From a virus: DNA of 64,000 nt. A program made the translations under genes and the position numbers. The stretch is taken from positions 1 to 64,000 of IMG/VR virus record IMGVR_UViG_3300025117_000050; one strand, 5' to 3'. The notes beneath the pieces are model-generated. The model did no database searches and was not told the origin of the DNA. It saw nothing but the letters and a program-made list of their open reading frames with translations. Each line of letters begins with the position of its first letter. The stretch's first letter is position 1. Positions 56,201 through 64,000 of this stretch are shown here, one piece after another.

Positions 56201-57623
56201 AAATATCAGGATTCAAAGAAACAGAAGAAAATATTATAATAATGGATGAATATTTAAATAATTATCTCGATCCTAAAAATAAAGCATTTGAAAATGGATG
56301 TTGGTTTTGTGGTAATAAAGATGTATATTTATCTTGGGGAATAATTCATGGTGTCGCACATTCCAATTGTTGTGGATTATCATATAAGTGTTATCATTAT
56401 TCAGATGATATTTGTGAAGATAAAAAGTTGTTTAATGGTAGAATAGATATAATTCTTCAATATCATCCTGATGGGTTTGAGATTGATGAAGAATGATGAA
56501 GAATAATGAATAATATGGAAAGGAAGAATATTATTATGCTCAAACAATTAGTAGAAAACATTAAAAATGCCAAAACAAATGAAGATATTAAGAAAGTATT
56601 GTGTGAAATGTATGTGGTAATACTATTGGATTCAAAAGTTAGAAAAGAATTTGATGAGTATATTAATAAAAATACATATTAAGATTAAAGGAGTGGCAGT
56701 CTTATTTATACATAAGAATATTTTTAAAGGAAAAGTATTAAGAAAAATATATTCTATAAGAAAAAATACATGCACTGAAAAAATTACACAAGAAGAATTT
56801 GTAGAATATAAAATATTAAATGAACGTGAAGAAGATAAAATCTATAGAATTGGAGAAAAAATTTATATCAACAAATTAGATGTAAATATTACAATTGAAG
56901 ATACAATTAAAAATACAAATAATGAATATATTTATTATACTAATTACATAAGTATAATCGAAGATGAAAAAAGTAAATTATCAGAACAAGAAACAAATAA
57001 AATAATAAAAGAATATTTAGATATGGTTAAAAAGAAAGATAAAGAAAGAGAAGAAAGAATTAAACAATCAATGATTGAACCTATTAAAGAAGTAATGACA
57101 AACGGATATTATTATATTGCTAGAGGTTATTTTAGTTACTGTGGAATACAAAAACCATATCTAACGCAAAGTATAATTGAAGCATATGATTTTAGTTGTC
57201 GTCATGATTATATTGATCATAGAAATTTATCTATAGACATTAGGTTTATGTTAGAAAAATATAGTATTCCAGATAAATTTGAATATAAAAAAATATACGA
57301 AAATGTATTTAATGAATTATGCGAAAAAGAAGGAAAATATATTGGAGAAAATGGATTACATGATTTTTATCCATATTATAAGAAAGATAATAAAGTGTAT
57401 ACATATAAAGATTTAAATAAAACAAGAAATACAATATTACGCGCAACTGCAATTATAGAAGGGCAAGGATTTATGATTAAACATGGTTCCAAAGTAATAA
57501 GAAAAATAACAAAAAACAATTGTAATAATATAAATATGTATGCATTTAATTACTTAATTAAAATTTGTGATTATAATTTTTAAAAAATATTATATTATAT
57601 ATTATTGAAAAGGAGAATATATT

Positions 57624-57786
57624 ATGAAAATTTTAATTGGTTATTGTAAATAATGTGGTTCACCTGTTTATAATACTGACGAATTAATTCCTGATTACAA
57701 AAATGTATTTGAATGTTCTAATTGTAGTCAACCACATGCAAAAGATGAATTGTGGGATGAAGTGCCATATTATATTGAGAAATAAT
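57624..57786 (+). pseudogene. small Zn-ribbon ORF with an in-frame TAA at 57651
   Basis: SD AAGGAG; MKILIGYCK*CGSPVY...FECSNCSQPH. Confidence 0.55.
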
Positions 57787-60220
57787 TTAATGAATTGTCA
57801 CTTCTGTAATAATATTAGAAAGGAGGTTAGTAATCTGAAAGGAAAAATTAAATTAAAACTACATGATAGAGATTATACTAAATGGTTAGAAATATATCTT
57901 AAAATGGAAGATGAATGGTTTTATTGGCATTCTGGTACTATTGTTAGTCATTGGGATAAGACAGAGGAAGAATTCTATGATGCAGTAATTAAATATCTAT
58001 CAGATGTTAATAATATAAAAATGTCTGGAGAAGAATTAATGAGAGAGGTTATTGAAAATAAAATGAAAAATGCAAAAAATAATAATAAAGATAAAATAGT
58101 AAAAGATATGTTAAAGAAACTTAAAGAACCAATTGAGATTGAAGTGAAAATGTAATAGTATAAAAAATAAATATAATAAAGGAGACATGTATTATGAATT
58201 TAAATCACAAGGGTAGAAAAGTAAGGATTATCAACACTAAAGGTTTCATCAGAGATGATTATAAATATTTAGAAAAGTATATTGATCAAACAGGAATCAT
58301 CAGATATGATTATGGGAAAGGTAGTGAACATAGATTATCAATTAAATTTGATGATGAAATATTAGATAATATAAATGATAATAATGGAAGATTATGTTTT
58401 AGGATTGATAGTGTTGAGTTTATTGATGATACATATGTGAAACCTTTAGAAAATGATAGTAAATTAAATATAAATCATGCTAAATTAGGTGATATTGTAG
58501 AATTATCAAATGGTTTAAAAATGGAAATATGTGAAGATGAAAAATATCCACAATGCTATAGGACAGTGGATATATCTACAAAAGAAAATGTAACAACAAT
58601 AATATCAAAACATAGTTTGAAAACATATTGTATAGGTAATAAAGTTTGGGGGATATGGTTCAGATAAATTTAAAATAGTAAATATTAAACGTGAAGAACA
58701 AAAAGTTAAAAACAAAGATATTAAAGAAAAGAAAAATAAATTAGAATCAAAAACAAAACAAAAACCAACAAATAAAGTATATACATATGAAATGATGCCA
58801 CATAAAATCAATTGGAAAATAACGCATAATGGTGAAATCATAAATCAAACGATTGATTCAGGCAATGAATCATATAAATTAATTATCAATGGAAATACTA
58901 CTATTGTTATTTTAGATGATGGATGCAAGGGTGTGGCAAAATGTTTACCTAGTAATGAGTATGATTTGGATAAAGGTGTAGATATCGCTTATACAAAAGC
59001 AATTATTAAGAGTAATCAGAAAAAGTTAAAAGGATTAGTTAGATAAAATAATTAATTAAAATAAAATTATGAAAAATTTAGGTAAAGAAGCGAAAGATAA
59101 AATTACAGGATTTGAAGGTATCATTATTGGTAAGATTAATTATTTATTCGGTTGTGCTCAATATGGAATTGCACCAAAAAGCAAAGATGGAAAAATAAAT
59201 GATACTAATTGGTTTGACGAAGGAAGAATTGAAATTATCGGGAATGGTATTGTTCCTGAAGAAGTTAAGGTAGAAAAGAATGGTGGAGTGAATAGGGATT
59301 GTCCTAGATAGGTACTTGACAGAATATAAATATAATCGTATAATATAATCAGTTATTAAATAATAAAACTTACGAAAGGAGGAAAATACATATGATTGAT
59401 ATAGAACATAAAAACGAACCTAAAGTTAAAATTGATTTTGCTTACACTGACGAATTCGACAATAATAGTAGACTTATCAAAACACTTATGAAAGTAGATT
59501 CAAACATTCAAACTCAATTAGAATTATTAATAGAAGAATTTAAATGTTTTTTAATGGGTGTTGGATTTTCGCCTGAAACAGTTGATGCTATACAGATTGT
59601 AGAGAATTAGATTAAATATTAGAAAGGATAAATATGAATAAAATTATATTTGAAAATGGTAGTGAAGTAAAAATAGTTGAATCTGCATCTACTTTTAGAA
59701 GTAAGAGAAGTGAATTGATTAGTTTTTATTGTACAGAATGTAGAGATATGCATATAGATGTTCCTATATCAGAAATGTTGCATATTAAAGATGATATTTT
59801 TATATGTAAAACAAGTTTTGAAAATAATTTATATCAATATTTTACTGAAGAATCATATTTATATTTACCACCGAAAGAAAATTAAGTTGTTATCAATCTT
59901 ATCTTTGGTTTTAATTTAATAAACAAAAAAAGGAGAAAATGAATATGTATAAAATTAAAATAGAAAATAATAATAATTCTAAAAAAATAGAAATACCAGA
60001 AACACCATTCTTTCTATCTCATTGTGATGGTAAAAGTTATTATATTGTTTCAAAAAATTCAGATAAAGATAGATATTTATTAACTGCTGTTGACAATGGA
60101 ATTACATATGATAATAATTATGTAGGAAAACAAGTTTATAATAATTTAAATAATGGCACTTGGATATTGCATGAATCTAAAATTGTAATAATTTAATAAA
60201 CAAAAAAAGAGATTGAAAAT

Positions 60221-60976
60221 ATGTACGATTATTATGAAGAACCACCTTATTATGAACCAACTTTAGCGGATGAAATTTTAATAGAATATCAACAAAAAAT
60301 GAAAGATGCTTTGTTAGATAGTGTTAAGTCACAAATTGAGAATATCAAGGATGAAAATGTAAGATTAAAAGAAGAAAATGGAAACTATAAACAACGTGAA
60401 AGAGATATTATAAATAAAGAAAATGATTTAAAATACAAAGAAGAAAATCTTAAAAGAGAAGTTACTAATGAATTTTATCAAAGTAATATTGGTGATACTT
60501 TAAAGCAATATGTAGAAGAGTGTGAAGTATGGTTTGCTGATATAAATCGTTATCAAAATGAAAAATGTAATTTATGTAACGAAGAAAGAAAATTAGTTGC
60601 AAATTTTCCAAATGGTGAAATTATTAAAACTGCATGTGCTTGTGCAAAAATGTTAAGTAAATATGTTCCTGCTATAAGCACAACTACAATGATTAAATTT
60701 AGTAAACGAGATAGTAGGTATTCTTCAGAAAGAATATTTTATTTTAGTAGAAGTTATTCTCCTAATAATGATAGAAATAGTTATGATTATGATTATCAAG
60801 AATTTAAAATATATCATGTTGTTAATGAATTTAATGAAAGTATTATTGAATTGCATAAAAATAAATCATATGGCGAGAGACTAGGATTTAAAAGCAAAGA
60901 AGAATGTCAGAAGTATTGTGACTGGCTGAATAAAAAAGATGATAATTGCGAAGAAATTGAATTAGATGATGAATAA
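60221..60976 (+). CDS. hypothetical phage protein, coiled coil plus CxxC
   Basis: ORF; C-terminal F.SKEECQKYCDWLN. Confidence 0.6.
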   Translation: MYDYYEEPPYYEPTLADEILIEYQQKMKDALLDSVKSQIENIKDENVRLKEENGNYKQRERDIINKENDLKYKEENLKREVTNEFYQSNIGDTLKQYVEECEVWFADINRYQNEKCNLCNEERKLVANFPNGEIIKTACACAKMLSKYVPAISTTTMIKFSKRDSRYSSERIFYFSRSYSPNNDRNSYDYDYQEFKIYHVVNEFNESIIELHKNKSYGERLGFKSKEECQKYCDWLNKKDDNCEEIELDDE

Positions 60977-63469
60977 AAGGAGCATAAATACATGATCGTT
61001 AAAATAGGAAACACTTATTACAATTCCACAGAACAATTAATATTACTAATACTTAGCAAAGAAGAAAAATCTCATATTGCTAATATGGAAGAAAATAAAA
61101 AGAAATATTTATCTTTTCCTAGTGATTATAATATAAATAATGCTAAGATGATTTTAGAAAATGTACCTGAGTGGATACTTAAGTGTATTGATTGTTAGAA
61201 TATAAAAATAAATAAGGTATAAAATAAATAGTAAAGGAGAATATATTATGTCAGAATATATAGATAAAGTAGTAAAAGTAATAAATACAGATGGATTTCA
61301 ATTTCAAGACAGTAATGAATTAGAAATGTACATAGGTAAAATAGGAATAATTAAAATTGATCATAATTATGGATTTAGAAATAGATTTATTGTAGAATTT
61401 TATGATAAAAATGTAAATGATATTGATAATCAAAAAGGTAAAATATGTTTTGCTATAGATAATTTAGAGTTTATAGGTAAAAATGAAGAAAAAGATAAAG
61501 AAGATGTAAATGATAATACTTTACCAGATGATAATATAAATAAAAATAATTTGCAAGACATAATTAAACAAATGCTAAATGTAATAGGTGACTACGAAGG
61601 AAGTAAAATATCAATGGGTATTTGGCCTCCAAATGAAATATATTTTTTAGTTTATGAAACTGAAGCATTAATTGAAATAGATAAAAAAGAAAAATGTGCT
61701 TATTTAAATACTGATACAATGACACATCATTTGACTAGTAGTATGTTAGATGAATTGAATCAGATTGTTAAAATAATTGATGATAATATTGATGTTATTT
61801 TAGAGTGTGTAAAATAGTAATACATTATAACGTATTATTATTAAATAAAATATAAAAAAGAAAAGGAGAAATGAAAACATGAACGAATTATTAACTAGTT
61901 TATTGGAGAATCCAGAGGCATTAAAAGAAATGATTAAAGAACAAGTAGGTCAGTACAAACCATTAGTTTATATGATTGGGACAGAATTATTAGAAGTTTA
62001 TAAAGACTTCGCAAATAATACTGAATATTTTATTGTCAAAGCAAAAGTAAGAAAGAATCAATTTGATGCATATGTTGAAGTAGGATTTACAAAAGAACAA
62101 GCAATGATGTTTTTACTTGCTGATATGGATAGTATGAAAAAATCAATTAGTAATGTTACAAACAGTGTAGGGAATAAGAGTAAAAAAGAAAAATAAAATG
62201 ATACATATTATATGTTGTGGTTGATGTCTATTATAACCACAACATATAGTTAAATGTTTGAATAAAATGAATGTTTTGAGATGAAACTAAAAAGGAGTAG
62301 AAATAATATGTCATTAAAACACTACAAATATAATAATAACCAATGTATTATTAATAATCATTCAGAATCATAAAATTATTAAAATGGTTTTTACATCATG
62401 GAGCAGAAAATTATTGTGGTGGAGATATTCCAATGTTTAATAATTTATATGATATGTTAGATGAATTAGATGTAATATATAAGAATTTTAATTATGAAAG
62501 TGACAATGAAGATGATTCTTATCTAATAAATGATGTTTCTGAATTAGAAGAATTCTTATTAAATAATATTAATGAAAATACATTAATTCCATCAGAAGAT
62601 GAATATCCTATATTAGTATCATGGTATAGAGTGGAAAGTTTTGATAGACATGGAGATGTTAGTATTAAATTAATGAATTTTACTTCTATGAAGGAAATTA
62701 AAAGTGTGAATGATTTTATTGATGAATATAAAAAATAAATAGAATGGAGAAATAATATAAAACATGAATAAAAACTTTATAATCGAATGTATTGATATCG
62801 TAGAACAAATAAAATTAAATTCAATAGTAGCAATAACTAAGGATAACGAAGAATTAAAATATCAACTTAAATATGATGAAGAATTTAAAGATTTAAATTT
62901 AGAATGTTTAGACAAAGAAAATGAAATATGGGATTTTGGTGATACGATAGAAAATGTTAAAGAAGGGTTAGTATGTGATGCTGTTAGATATAAATATCAG
63001 AAAATAAGATTAATAAAGGAGGATTAATATTATGATTGATAAATCATGTTATACTTGTAAAAGTGCTAATTTATCAAAGGACAAATTTCCTTGCAATAAA
63101 TGTCATAATCAGAATAATTGGAGTTATAGATTCGATGTTCAATTATTATGTTTAGTCGGAGTAGGTATAATAGTTGCTGGATTTATATTGTTATAGTAAT
63201 AATAAAATAAGTTAATAAGGAGGAATAATACATAATATGAAAGTTAAAATTTTAAAAATTAAGAATAGTATTTCTAAAAGAAAAATTGGAGAAATAATTG
63301 AAGCAAAGAGACTTTATGAATTAACCAATGAAGAATTAGAAGAATCTATAGGTTATATTCCTAATGATGAATCGTTATGGGAGAAGAATGATATATTTAT
63401 CCATGAAGAAGGAAATTATTATGTATATATGCTTGAAAATGAAATAGAGATTATTGGAGAATAATTTTA

Positions 63470-63517
63470 TTACTACATATAGTTATTATTATATTATTAA
63501 ATAACTATATGTAGTAA
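63470..63517. repeat. 18-bp perfect inverted repeat (hairpin/terminator)
   Basis: TTACTACATATAGTTATT / AATAACTATATGTAGTAA. Confidence 0.7.
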
Positions 63518-63537
63518 AATATTCACATAGAAAAGAG

Positions 63538-64000
63538 ATGATTATTATAGGTAGTACAATTTATAGTGACCAAAAACTCATGTATTTTCCTACACAAGAA
63601 TATGAGACACATAGATTATTAGCATTATTAGGAGATATTCAATTAGACTATATGCAAGAAAGATATTTGAAAGAATATGTATTTAGTAAAGAAGAATATA
63701 ATGAATTATTTATACAAAGTGCTAATAGTAGTGTCCCAATGAAATTTGTTCTATACGATAAATGGTTAAAAGAAAACAAATACGATTATATTAAATCATA
63801 TTTTACTATTAAATTTGGCAGTAAGGGAAATAATACTAATAGCAATGATAATTTTCCTATTACAATTTGTGATCCATTTTCTGGAGAAGGAAATTTCTTA
63901 GATGTATTCAAGTCATTCATCCCTAAAAATGATTATGGCAGTGATATACTATTAATTGGAAATGAATTAGAGGAAAATCGTTTTAATTTTATAAAAGAAA
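63538..64000 (+). CDS. 5' part of a DUF6094-like SAM-dependent methyltransferase (runs off the window)
   Basis: Open frame with YFPT, ICDPFSGEG and LIGNELEENR. Confidence 0.65.
   Translation, partial: MIIIGSTIYSDQKLMYFPTQEYETHRLLALLGDIQLDYMQERYLKEYVFSKEEYNELFIQSANSSVPMKFVLYDKWLKENKYDYIKSYFTIKFGSKGNNTNSNDNFPITICDPFSGEGNFLDVFKSFIPKNDYGSDILLIGNELEENRFNFIKE

Larger units (their letters stand above)
1..64000 (+). mobile_element. Segment of a large SPbeta-like temperate phage/prophage (early/accessory and lysogeny-control region) of a low-GC Firmicute
   Basis: Dense co-oriented small ORFs, many Zn-ribbon hypotheticals, several HNH endonucleases, a YopQ/YopR-like gene pair, and no housekeeping operons. 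Confidence 0.85.

Noticed and set aside
9842-57653. Stop-codon reassignment suggested by in-frame stops
   Set aside because: Only a few cases, involving both TAA and TGA, and TAA/TAG/TGA all end normal genes; standard code 11 gives dense coding
208-58841. Most minus-strand ORFs in the track (e.g. 208-432, 4991-5365, 18531-18938, 43547-43777)
   Set aside because: Antisense shadows of + strand genes, rich in F/L/I, with no SD
938-62766. AACATG at several start codons as an additional MazF motif
   Set aside because: It needs only AAC before ATG, so chance occurrence is much higher; AACAT also occurs within the repressor genes

Overview
Very AT-rich, gene-dense segment, almost all on the + strand, of a large temperate SPbeta-like phage or prophage of a low-GC Firmicute, probably Clostridia. 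No structural or packaging genes, rRNA, tRNA or CRISPR array were seen. Most of the window is small early/accessory ORFs with strong Shine-Dalgarno sites and sigma-A promoters. Recognisable products include HNH endonucleases, DUF262/ParB-like, nucleotidyltransferase, 3D-domain, signal peptidase I, GNAT, HAD, PTH2, metallophosphoesterase, AbrB-like and SpoIIID-like proteins. The main result is a ~10 kb regulatory locus (39.5-49.3 kb). It holds an orphan MazF, a DUF5317 membrane protein, a kinase-less polytopic membrane protein, an unannotated AgrD-type cyclic-peptide precursor (43061-43180), an XRE-HTH-MazF fusion and AgrB. These sit directly upstream of YopQ/SroE-like and MrpR/YopR-like repressor genes, where SPbeta-like phages carry arbitrium. 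The Firmicute MazF target UACAU lies between the SD and start codon of at least 13 early genes and is dense in agrB and the DUF5317 gene. I found none in either mazF gene or in the 3.3 kb repressor operon. Together these suggest an Agr-peptide-controlled, phage-encoded MazF lysis/lysogeny switch. Family calls come from motif recognition by eye, and all counts are manual.
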